A DNA stretch of 64,000 nt from Gammaproteobacteria bacterium (GTDB lineage: Bacteria > Pseudomonadota > Gammaproteobacteria > Steroidobacterales > XN24): contig JARRON010000012.1 of NCBI GenBank assembly GCA_037383845.1, forward strand, positions 752 through 64,751. Reading direction: 5' to 3'. A program made the translations under genes and the position numbers. Below are positions 19,724-27,651 of this stretch, piece by piece (position 1 is the stretch's first letter; each line of letters opens with the position of its first letter). A model generated the notes under the pieces. It did not search any database. It saw only the letters and a list, made by a program, of their open reading frames with translations, and was not told the origin of the DNA.

Positions 19724-21514
19724 ATGACCGGAATCCTCGACCTGGCCGCCCCGCCTTTCGATGCCCTGTCGGCGCCCGAGCGGCGGCGGCTGCGGGAAGC
19801 CATTGGCGTGGCCAGCTTTGCCGCAGGCGACCTGGTGAAGGAGCGGGACGAGCGCTGGGAGAGCCTGTTCGTCGTTCTGCGGGGGCTCATCGAGGGGCGG
19901 GACGAGGCCGGCGAGCGCATCCGGCAGTTCGGTCCCGACGAGCTGGTCAGCGCCCGGGACCTGGTCCGCGGCGACCGGACCCGCCGCTTCGTGGCGGTCG
20001 AGCCTACCTCCTGCGTGGTGATTCCCCGCCAGGTCCTGGACCCCCTGGTACGCCGTAACACGCCGTTCCGGCTCGCCCTGGCGGAAGACCAGCCGTCCAT
20101 CACCCCCATGCCCCGGGGCGCTCCCAGCGACGCCGATGCCTTCACCCTCGCCCGGGTGGGCGACGCCCTGATCCGCAAGCCGGTCATCGCCGGGCCGGAG
20201 AAGGACCTGGCTTTCGGTGTGGAAGTGGTCATGGACCGCAAGGCGGACTGCCTGCTGGTCCGGCGCGGCGACGACATCGGCATCGTCACCGGCACGGATC
20301 TCCTGGGGGCGCTGGCCGACGGCAGCGGCACGGACCGCGCCCTTGCGGAGGTCGCCAGCTGGGACCTGATCACCGTCTCGCCCGACGATTTCCTCTTCGA
20401 TGCCCTGGTGAAGATGACCCGCCACAACATCGAGCGCGTCGTGGTGAAATCCGACGACGGGGTTGAGGGCATCCTGGAACTCACGGACGTCCTGGGCCTG
20501 TTCTCCACCCAGTCCCATTCCCTGGCGATCAGGATCGAGCGGGCCGAGTCCATCGAGGAGCTGGCGGCGGCCTCGGCGGCGATGACGGACCTGACCCGGA
20601 ACCTGGTGGACCGGGGCGTGGACATCGCCCTGGTGCTGGACCTGCTGTCGGCCCTCAACGCCCGCACCATGGCCCGGCTGTACCGCATGTGCGTGCCGGA
20701 GGAGGCCATGGACCGGAGCTGCCTGGTGGTGATGGGCAGCGAAGGCCGGGGAGAGCAGATCCTCAAGACCGACCAGGACAACGCCCTGATCGTCGCTGAC
20801 GACTTCGACTGGCCGGAGGTCAACCAGGCCATGGCGAAGTTCTCGGAGGAACTGGGCAAGCTGGGCTATCCGCCCTGTCCCGGCGGCTTCATGGTGTCGA
20901 ACCCCGACTGGGTCATGACCGCGTCCCAGTGGAGGGAGAAGCTCGAGGGATGGATCCGTTCCGCGGACGGGGACGCCATGCTCAATCTCACCGTCGTGTC
21001 GGATTTCCACCCCGTGGCCGGCCGGCGGGCACTGTTCGACGACCTCCAGGCCTGGCTGCTGGAGCGATTCCACGCAGGCATCGGCTTTATCTCTACCTTC
21101 GCCCGCCCGGTCCTCCAGTTCAGCGTGCCCCTGAATTTCTTCGGCCAGATCCGTAATCCGGACGAAGGCATCGATATCAAGAAAGGCGGCATCTTCCCGC
21201 TGGTGCACGGGGTGCGAACCATGGCCCTGGACGGACGCATCACGGAGACCAACACCTTCCGCCGCATTCGTCACCTGGTTGCCCGCGGCGTGCTCGATGC
21301 CCGCACCGGGGACGAACTGGCCCATGCCCTGGAGCTATTCATGGTGGTGCGGCTCCGGCAGCAGCTGGAGGCGATCGGCGCCGGCCGTGAGCCCGGCAAC
21401 GTGGTGCGCCCGGCGGGCCTGAACCGGCGGGAGCGTGAGCAGCTGCGAAGGGCCCTGCGGGTGGTGAAGGGCTTCCAGTCGACCCTTTCCCGCCGTTATC
21501 ACCTCGAAATCTGA
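19724..21514 (+). CDS. cNMP-binding-like + tandem CBS + DUF294 nucleotidyltransferase protein (paralog 1)
   Basis: ATG at 19724 inside ORF 19682..21514. Its N-terminus (PFDALSAPERRRLREAI) parallels that of paralog 2. CBS pair: ..KPVIAGPEKDLAFGVEVVMD.., ..WDLITVSPDDFLFDALVKMTRHNIERVVV. NTase core: CLVVMGSEGRGEQILKTDQDNALI. DUF294_C-like tail: GGIFPLVHGVRTMAL. Confidence 0.85.
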   Translation: MTGILDLAAPPFDALSAPERRRLREAIGVASFAAGDLVKERDERWESLFVVLRGLIEGRDEAGERIRQFGPDELVSARDLVRGDRTRRFVAVEPTSCVVIPRQVLDPLVRRNTPFRLALAEDQPSITPMPRGAPSDADAFTLARVGDALIRKPVIAGPEKDLAFGVEVVMDRKADCLLVRRGDDIGIVTGTDLLGALADGSGTDRALAEVASWDLITVSPDDFLFDALVKMTRHNIERVVVKSDDGVEGILELTDVLGLFSTQSHSLAIRIERAESIEELAAASAAMTDLTRNLVDRGVDIALVLDLLSALNARTMARLYRMCVPEEAMDRSCLVVMGSEGRGEQILKTDQDNALIVADDFDWPEVNQAMAKFSEELGKLGYPPCPGGFMVSNPDWVMTASQWREKLEGWIRSADGDAMLNLTVVSDFHPVAGRRALFDDLQAWLLERFHAGIGFISTFARPVLQFSVPLNFFGQIRNPDEGIDIKKGGIFPLVHGVRTMALDGRITETNTFRRIRHLVARGVLDARTGDELAHALELFMVVRLRQQLEAIGAGREPGNVVRPAGLNRREREQLRRALRVVKGFQSTLSRRYHLEI

Positions 21515-21525
21515 GTGCTGCGTTT

Positions 21526-21535
21526 TTGCATTGCA
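21526..21535. promoter_or_regulatory. TTGCA-T-TGCA palindrome-like element upstream of phaB-like gene (candidate PhaR operator)
   Basis: TTGCATTGCA lies 50 nt upstream of the phaB-like ATG. A near-identical perfect palindrome occurs upstream of phaP (22862-22872). Confidence 0.3.
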
Positions 21536-21585
21536 CAAACCAGAGCGCTATGCTCCGGGCAACTTTCCTGAGCGGAGAAAGTCCC

Positions 21586-22329
21586 ATGACTGGACGCATC
21601 GCCCTGGTGACCGGGGGCACGGGCTGCATCGGCAGCGTAATCTGCGAGGAACTGGCCGGCCAGGGCTACCGGGTAGCGGCCAACTGCCATCCTTCAGACA
21701 GCGAGCGGGCCGCCGGATGGCGTGACGAAGCCGTAGAGCGCGGCCTGGACATTCGTCTGGAGCCCTTCGATGTCTCGGACTTCGAGTCCACTTCCGCGGG
21801 CGTGGAGCGGGTCGTGGAGGCGCTGGGCCCGGTGGACGTGCTGGTCAACGCCGCCGGAATTACCCGCGACGGCCGGCTGGTGAAGATGGAGCCCGCCCAG
21901 TGGCAGGCGGTGCTGCGCACAAATCTGGACAGCGTCTTCAACGCCACCAAGAACGTGATATCGGGGATGCTCTCGCGCGGCTTCGGTCGGGTCGTCAACA
22001 TCTCCTCGGTGAACGGCCAGCGCGGCCAGTTCGGCCAGGCCAACTATTCGGCCGCCAAGGCCGGCGTCCACGGATTCACCATGGCGGTGGCGCGGGAAGT
22101 GGCGCGAAAAGGCGTCACGGTCAATACCGTTTCGCCCGGCTACATCGACTCCCCGCTCATCATGCAGGTGCCGGAGGAGATCCGGGAGGGCATTCGCGAG
22201 TCCATTCCCATGGGGCGGTTCGGCAAGCCGCAGGAGATCGCCCGGGCCATCCTGTTCCTGGCCAGCGACGACGCGGGCTACATCACCGGTGCCGACCTTT
22301 CCGTGAACGGCGGCTACCACATGGACTAG
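21586..22329 (+). CDS. acetoacetyl-CoA reductase-like SDR (PhaB paralog 1)
   Basis: ATG at 21586 (GGAG 9 nt upstream). 247 aa: IALVTGGTGCIGS, NAAGITRDG, SSVNGQRGQFGQANYSAAKAG (YxxxK), VNTVSPGYI. Colinear with the canonical PhaB at 29503..30228 but clearly diverged. Confidence 0.8.
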   Translation: MTGRIALVTGGTGCIGSVICEELAGQGYRVAANCHPSDSERAAGWRDEAVERGLDIRLEPFDVSDFESTSAGVERVVEALGPVDVLVNAAGITRDGRLVKMEPAQWQAVLRTNLDSVFNATKNVISGMLSRGFGRVVNISSVNGQRGQFGQANYSAAKAGVHGFTMAVAREVARKGVTVNTVSPGYIDSPLIMQVPEEIREGIRESIPMGRFGKPQEIARAILFLASDDAGYITGADLSVNGGYHMD

Positions 22330-22338
22330 GGGACCCTC

Positions 22339-22821
22339 ATGGCAGAGCGCGTCATACGGAAATACGCCAACCGCAGGCTCTACGACCCGTCCCAGAGTCG
22401 CCATCTCACCCTGGACGAGGTTCGGCAACTTATCGTGAGCGGCGATCGGGTCCGGGTGGAGGACGCCCGGACCGGCGAGGACATCACTCGGAGCATCCTC
22501 CTGCAGATCATCGTCGAGCGGGAGGAGGCGGGCCGCCCCATGCTGTCGGCGGATCTCCTGGAGCAGCTCATACGCTTTTACGGCGGGGCCATGCAGGACT
22601 TCCTGGGCAACTACCTCGAACGCAGCGTGGATGCCTTCGTCAGCCAGCAGGAGCGGTTCCAGGACCAGCTGATGAAGCTGATGAGCGAGAATCCGCTGTC
22701 CGCCATGGCCGGCCTGGCGGAGCAGAACCTGGCCGCCTGGAAGGAGCTCCAGGAGCGGTTTCTCGGGATGGCGCCGCCGCGACCGCACAAAAAGCCCGGA
22801 AGCGAAGAAGACGATAAGTAA
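22339..22821 (+). CDS. phaR: polyhydroxyalkanoate synthesis repressor PhaR
   Basis: 160 aa. N-terminus IRKYANRRLYDPSQSRHLTLDEVRQLI..G..V.V.DARTGEDITRSILLQII is the hallmark PhaR DNA-binding region. Confidence 0.9.
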   Translation: MAERVIRKYANRRLYDPSQSRHLTLDEVRQLIVSGDRVRVEDARTGEDITRSILLQIIVEREEAGRPMLSADLLEQLIRFYGGAMQDFLGNYLERSVDAFVSQQERFQDQLMKLMSENPLSAMAGLAEQNLAAWKELQERFLGMAPPRPHKKPGSEEDDK

Positions 22822-22861
22822 TTGTTTTGTAGACGGCTATGGATTTTTCACGCGAAATATA

Positions 22862-22872
22862 TTGCAATGCAA
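22862..22872. promoter_or_regulatory. perfect palindrome TTGCA-A-TGCAA in the AT-rich phaR-phaP spacer (candidate PhaR operator)
   Basis: TTGCAATGCAA at 22862-22872, 67 nt upstream of the phaP ATG, within the most AT-rich stretch of the locus. Confidence 0.35.
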
Positions 22873-22938
22873 AAAAACCTCTGCTAAAGTTCTCCCTGGC
22901 AATGGCCGCTACATGCACCTTCAAGGGGGTTTCCCGCC

Positions 22939-23340
22939 ATGACATACGACTTTGATTCCTATATCTCCAAGGCGCGCGACGCCGCGACGCCCCTCATGGA
23001 GATGGGCGAGTACGGTTTCGACCTGTTCGAGAAAGGTTTCCAGTTCCAGGCTGAGCTTCTGGGCGACAGCATCGACTTCGTGGTCGACGAGCTGAAGATC
23101 TTTTCCACCGCCAGCGATCCCATGCAGTTCTTCCAGGCCCAGTCCAGGCTGGCCGAAGACTATGCCCTGCGCACCCAGAAGCGGGCGCAGGAACTGATGA
23201 AGGCCACCACGGAGAGCCAGCAGGCCATCACGGGCCTGGCGGAACGGAGCTTCAAGCGGGCCCAGAACGAGTTCGAGGAAGCTGTTACGACGGCGCAGGG
23301 CGCTGTGACGCCGAAGCCGGCGCGCAAGAAGGCCGCCTAG
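22939..23340 (+). CDS. phaP: phasin family protein
   Basis: 133 aa, helical and low-complexity, with Ala/Lys-rich tail (..TPKPARKKAA). Phasin-like core FQAQSRLAEDYALRTQKRAQELM. Sits between phaR and phaA. Confidence 0.75.
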   Translation: MTYDFDSYISKARDAATPLMEMGEYGFDLFEKGFQFQAELLGDSIDFVVDELKIFSTASDPMQFFQAQSRLAEDYALRTQKRAQELMKATTESQQAITGLAERSFKRAQNEFEEAVTTAQGAVTPKPARKKAA

Positions 23341-23351
23341 AACGGCATTTC

Positions 23352-23382
23352 ACGGGCGGGGCGGCAACGTCCCGCCCGTTTT
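23352..23382 (+). terminator. Rho-independent terminator after phaP
   Basis: ACGGGCGGG (23352-23360), 10-nt loop, CCCGCCCGT (23371-23379) running into TTTT (23379-23382). Confidence 0.65.
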
Positions 23383-23499
23383 CCATCCGCACCAAAAGAA
23401 ACGCGAAGACGCCCGTCGGCGGCCCGGCTGGCTTGCGGCGCTGCCAGCCGAATGGCAAGTTGAGCCACATCACGGCGGACAAGCAGCACGAGGCCAGCA

Positions 23500-24690
23500 A
23501 TGAGCAACAACAGAGAAGTCGTCGTCGTATCGGCGGTACGCACTGCTATCGGAACCTACGGGGGCAGCCTGGCAGGAGTCCCGCCCACCCGTCTCGGCGC
23601 CCTGTGCGTGTCAGAGGCGGTCAAGCGCGCCGGCATCGAGCCGAGCGACGTGGGCCACGCCGTCTTCGGCAACGTCATCCACACCGAGCCCCGGGACATG
23701 TATATGGCCCGGGTCGTCGCCGTTGACGGCGGTCTTCCCGTAGAGACACCGTCCCTGACGGTGAACCGGCTCTGCGGCAGCGGCCTGCAGGCCGTGGTGT
23801 CCGCCGCGCAGCTCATCGCCGCCGGGGACACCGACTGCGCCGTGGCCGGCGGCGCCGAGTGCATGAGCCGGGGCCAGTACTGGCTGCCCGGGATGCGTTT
23901 CGGCCAGCGTCTCGGCGACGGCAAGGTGATCGATGCCATGGTAGGTGCGCTCACCGATCCCTTTGATGACTGCCACATGGGCATTACCGCGGAGAACGTG
24001 GCCGAGCGCTGGGGCATCAGCCGGGAGGACCAGGACAAGCTCGCGCTGGAAAGCCAGCAGCGGGCCGCCAGGGCCATCGAGGAAGGGCGGTTCGCAAGCC
24101 AGATCGTGCCGGTGGAGATCAAGGTCAAGCGAGAGACCAAACACTTCGACACCGACGAGCACGTGCGGGCCGGCACCAGCCTGGAATCTCTGGCCAAGCT
24201 CAGGCCCGCCTTCAAGGGCGACGGATCGGTAACCGCGGGCAACGCCTCGGGTCTCAACGACGGCGCCGCCGCCCTGGTCCTGATGGAACGCTCAGAGGCC
24301 GAGAAGCGGGGCCTGAAGCCCATGGCCCGGCTCGTGGGATACGGATTCGCGGGTGTGGAGCCGAAGTACATGGGGATCGGCCCCGTGCCGGCGACGAAGC
24401 GCCTGTTCGAGAAGACCGGGTTGTCGGTGGACGACATCCAGGTGTTCGAGGTCAACGAGGCCTTTGCCGCCCAGGCACTGGCGGTGGTGCGGGACCTGGG
24501 CCTTCCGGAGGACCGGACCAATCCCAACGGCAGCGGCATTTCCCTGGGCCACCCCATCGGGGCCACCGGCGCCATTATCACCGTGAAGGCCCTGTACGAG
24601 CTCGAGCGGGTGGAGGGCCAGCGGGCGCTGGTAACCATGTGCATCGGCGGCGGGCAGGGGATCGCCGCCATCTTCGAGCGGGTGAGCTAA
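23500..24690 (+). CDS. phaA: acetyl-CoA acetyltransferase (beta-ketothiolase)
   Basis: 396 aa thiolase II. Motifs: VNRLCGSGLQAV (active Cys), NASGLNDGAAALVLM, GHPIGATGA, MCIGGGQG. Confidence 0.93.
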   Translation: MSNNREVVVVSAVRTAIGTYGGSLAGVPPTRLGALCVSEAVKRAGIEPSDVGHAVFGNVIHTEPRDMYMARVVAVDGGLPVETPSLTVNRLCGSGLQAVVSAAQLIAAGDTDCAVAGGAECMSRGQYWLPGMRFGQRLGDGKVIDAMVGALTDPFDDCHMGITAENVAERWGISREDQDKLALESQQRAARAIEEGRFASQIVPVEIKVKRETKHFDTDEHVRAGTSLESLAKLRPAFKGDGSVTAGNASGLNDGAAALVLMERSEAEKRGLKPMARLVGYGFAGVEPKYMGIGPVPATKRLFEKTGLSVDDIQVFEVNEAFAAQALAVVRDLGLPEDRTNPNGSGISLGHPIGATGAIITVKALYELERVEGQRALVTMCIGGGQGIAAIFERVS

Positions 24691-24712
24691 AGTGGCTGTC
24701 GCGGAGGACATC

Positions 24713-26446
24713 ATGCTGAAGAACCTGAAGCCGGCGAACATCCGGACACAGTACGAGATGGCGCGACTCATGGCGGGCCTGTCCACCGACGTGGGCAGGG
24801 CCTACGCCCAGTGGATGGCGGCCCTGGCCACCCACCCCCGCTTTCTGATGGGTCATTCCCTCGGCCTGGCGGCGGACTACCTGAGCATCAGCAGGGATCT
24901 GCTGCTCCGGTCGGCGGGCCGTCCGGTCAACGGCTCCGGCGCCAACGGCTCGACCGACCGGCGGTTTAAAGGCGAGGCCTGGGAGAAGCGGCCGGTGTTT
25001 AACGCCGTGCGCGATGCCTGGCACGCCACCACGAACACCGCCCTGTCCCTGGCGGACGAGCCGCCGGGACTGGACGCCGACACGGCCCGGAAACTGAAGT
25101 TCTTCACCTCCCAGTTCCTCGATGCCGTGGCGCCCAGCAACTTCCCGCTGAGCAATCCCGAGGTCCTCGCCGAGACCCGGTCCTCGAAGGGCGCCAATTT
25201 CCTGTCCGGTCTCCGCCACCTCTGGTCGGACCTGGATCTGCAGCACGGTCAGCTAAAGATCAGCATGTCGGACCTGGGCGCGTTCGAAGTGGGCAAGAAT
25301 CTCGCCGTCACCCCGGGCAAGGTGGTGTACGAAAACGAGGTCATGCAGCTGATCCAGTATGAGCCCACCACGCCGAAGGTTTTCCGCCGGCCGCTTCTCA
25401 TCCTGCCGCCGTGGCTTAACAAGTACTACGTGCTGGACATGCAGCCGGCCAACTCCGTCGTGCGCTGGCTGGTGGAGCAGGGGCATACCGTGTTCCTGAT
25501 TTCCTGGGTCAACCCCGATGGCCACACGCCGGACAAGACCTTCGACGAGTACCTGACCGAGGGGCCGGTGGAGGCCATGGAGGTCATCGAGGAAATCACC
25601 GGCCAGAAGGAAATCAACGCCATGGGCTACTGCCTCGGCGGCATCCTGCTGGCGACCCTGCTGGCCTGGCTGGAGGAGAAGGGCCAGCGGCCCATCAAGT
25701 CCGCCACCTTCCTGACGACCCTGATCGACTACTCCGACGTAGGCGACATCAAGGTTTTCCTGAGCGAAGACCTGGTCAAGCGCCTGGAGAGGGTCGGCGC
25801 CCAGAAGGGGTTCATACCGGGTGAGAACGTCTCATGGGGGTTCCGGATGCTGCGTGCGCCGGATCTCATCTGGTCGTTCGTCATCAATCACTATCTCCTC
25901 GGCAAGCCGCGGGTGCCCTTCGACCTGCTTTACTGGAACGAGGACGCCACCAACATGCCGGTGGCCTGCCACACCTGGTACATGCGCAACATGTACCTGA
26001 ACAACCGGCTGCGGGAACCGGGCGCCCTGACGGTGGCCGGGGAGCCCATCGACGTCACCAGCATCAAGACGCCGACCTACATCCTGGCCACCCGGGACGA
26101 CCACATCGCGCCGTGGAAGACATGCTACGAGTCCACGCAGCTCTTCGGCGGGCCGAACCGGTTCGTGCTGGGGTACTCGGGCCACATCGCCGGCGTGATC
26201 AATCCCCCCACCAAGATGAAGTACGGCTACCGGGTGGGCAAGCAGAACCCCGAGGATGCGGAGGCCTGGTTCGAGAAGGCCGAGGAGCACGAAGGCAGCT
26301 GGTGGGTTGACTGGGGCAAGTGGCTGAAGCGCTACGGCGGCGGCCAGGTGAAGGCCCGGGAGCCCGGCAGCGAGGACTACCCGCCCATCGAGGACGCGCC
26401 GGGTTCCTTCGTGAAGAAGACGTTGAAGGATACCCACAAGAGCTAG
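24713..26446 (+). CDS. phaC: class I poly(3-hydroxyalkanoate) synthase
   Basis: ORF 24692..26446. ATG at 24713 follows GGAGGA; GTG at 24692 is the alternative start. Lipase box GYCLGG. Other motifs: NKYYVLDMQP.NS, WNEDATNMP, GYSGHIAGVINPP. Confidence 0.93.
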   Translation: MLKNLKPANIRTQYEMARLMAGLSTDVGRAYAQWMAALATHPRFLMGHSLGLAADYLSISRDLLLRSAGRPVNGSGANGSTDRRFKGEAWEKRPVFNAVRDAWHATTNTALSLADEPPGLDADTARKLKFFTSQFLDAVAPSNFPLSNPEVLAETRSSKGANFLSGLRHLWSDLDLQHGQLKISMSDLGAFEVGKNLAVTPGKVVYENEVMQLIQYEPTTPKVFRRPLLILPPWLNKYYVLDMQPANSVVRWLVEQGHTVFLISWVNPDGHTPDKTFDEYLTEGPVEAMEVIEEITGQKEINAMGYCLGGILLATLLAWLEEKGQRPIKSATFLTTLIDYSDVGDIKVFLSEDLVKRLERVGAQKGFIPGENVSWGFRMLRAPDLIWSFVINHYLLGKPRVPFDLLYWNEDATNMPVACHTWYMRNMYLNNRLREPGALTVAGEPIDVTSIKTPTYILATRDDHIAPWKTCYESTQLFGGPNRFVLGYSGHIAGVINPPTKMKYGYRVGKQNPEDAEAWFEKAEEHEGSWWVDWGKWLKRYGGGQVKAREPGSEDYPPIEDAPGSFVKKTLKDTHKS

Positions 26447-26467
26447 CCTCCGCCGGGGACGCCACCA

Positions 26468-27088
26468 ATGTTCATCCGGCCGCTGCGGATTGCCACGGAT
26501 CGCTGGCGGCAGCGCAGCGGGCCGTGGGCCGGCCTGTTCGAGCCCTATCGCGGGGACGAGGTGGTCTCGCTGGACTGCGAGACCTCCGGCATGGATCCGA
26601 AGGAGGCGGACATCCTGTCCGTGGCCGCAGTGCGCGTCACCGGACGCCGCATCCTGACCAGCGAGGCCCTGGACGTGCACGTCGCCGCGCCGGAGGAGAT
26701 GGATCCGGAGTCCATCCGGGTACATCGCCTGCGCCGGGCCGACCTTGCCGGAGGGCTGCCCCTGGCCGACGCCCTGGAGCAGATCCTGAACTTTGTCGGG
26801 AACCGGCCCCTGCTCGGCTATAACGTGCGTTTCGACGGCGCGCTCCTGGACCGCGCCCTCCGGACCCACTTCGGCTTCGGGCTGCCCAACCGCCTCGTCG
26901 AGCTGTCGGAGGTGTACCTGGAACGCCTGGGTCACCACGACCACGGTGCGGAGGCCGACCTGCGGCTGGAGACCATCGCCCGCCGGCTCGACATGCCCGT
27001 TCCGCGGGGCCGGCACACGGCGCTGAACGACGCCGTTTTCACCGCCGCGCTCTGGGTGCGGCTGAGGCACGGGGGCCGGCCCCAGTGA
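26468..27088 (+). CDS. DEDDh 3'-5' exonuclease (DnaQ/RNase T fold)
   Basis: 206 aa. ExoI VVSLDCETSG, ExoII LLGYNVRFDGALL, ExoIII HTALNDAVFTA. Its stop overlaps the next gene's start. Confidence 0.8.
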   Translation: MFIRPLRIATDRWRQRSGPWAGLFEPYRGDEVVSLDCETSGMDPKEADILSVAAVRVTGRRILTSEALDVHVAAPEEMDPESIRVHRLRRADLAGGLPLADALEQILNFVGNRPLLGYNVRFDGALLDRALRTHFGFGLPNRLVELSEVYLERLGHHDHGAEADLRLETIARRLDMPVPRGRHTALNDAVFTAALWVRLRHGGRPQ

Positions 27089-27651
27089 ACCCCGCCGCCG
27101 GCTGGCGACACAGGCGGCTCGCCGACCGGCTGGAGACATTTGTTCCCGACCCGGCGCGCTACCCCGAGGATGCGCTCGGGGTGGAAGTCTGCCGGGAAGC
27201 GCTGGCTGCCCTGGCCGAGGGCAATTACGGCATCGGCGCCGTCATCGCGGACCGCGCCGGGCGCGTGGTGGTCCGTGCCCGGAACCGGGTGTTCGAGCCC
27301 CGCTTCGCCAGCGACGGCCATGCGGAGATGATGGCGGTGTCGGAGCTGGAGTCTGCCGGCCGGGGCCGGGAGGCGCCGGACCTGACCCTGGTGGCGACCC
27401 TTGAGCCCTGTCCCATGTGCTACACGCGCCTGAAGATCTCCGGGATGGGGCGGGTCCTGTATCTCGCCGACGACCCCGACGGGGGCATGGTCCACGCCGC
27501 CGACGGGCTGCCCCGGATCTGGGCGCTGCTGCGCCCTGGCCAGGAATTCCGGCGGGCCCGGGTATCACCCGAACTGGTTCGCCTGGCCCGGGCGATGTTC
27601 CGGTCCAACCTTCGGGCGCTGCGAGCGAAACTCGTGGGTGCCGCCGGCTAG
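27085..27651 (+). CDS. CDA-fold zinc nucleoside/nucleotide deaminase (TadA/guanine-deaminase-like)
   Basis: 188 aa. GTG at 27085 overlaps the exonuclease TGA (GTGA). Zinc site: DGHAEMMAV ... LEPCPMCYTRL (HAE ... PCxxC). Confidence 0.8.
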   Translation: MNPAAGWRHRRLADRLETFVPDPARYPEDALGVEVCREALAALAEGNYGIGAVIADRAGRVVVRARNRVFEPRFASDGHAEMMAVSELESAGRGREAPDLTLVATLEPCPMCYTRLKISGMGRVLYLADDPDGGMVHAADGLPRIWALLRPGQEFRRARVSPELVRLARAMFRSNLRALRAKLVGAAG

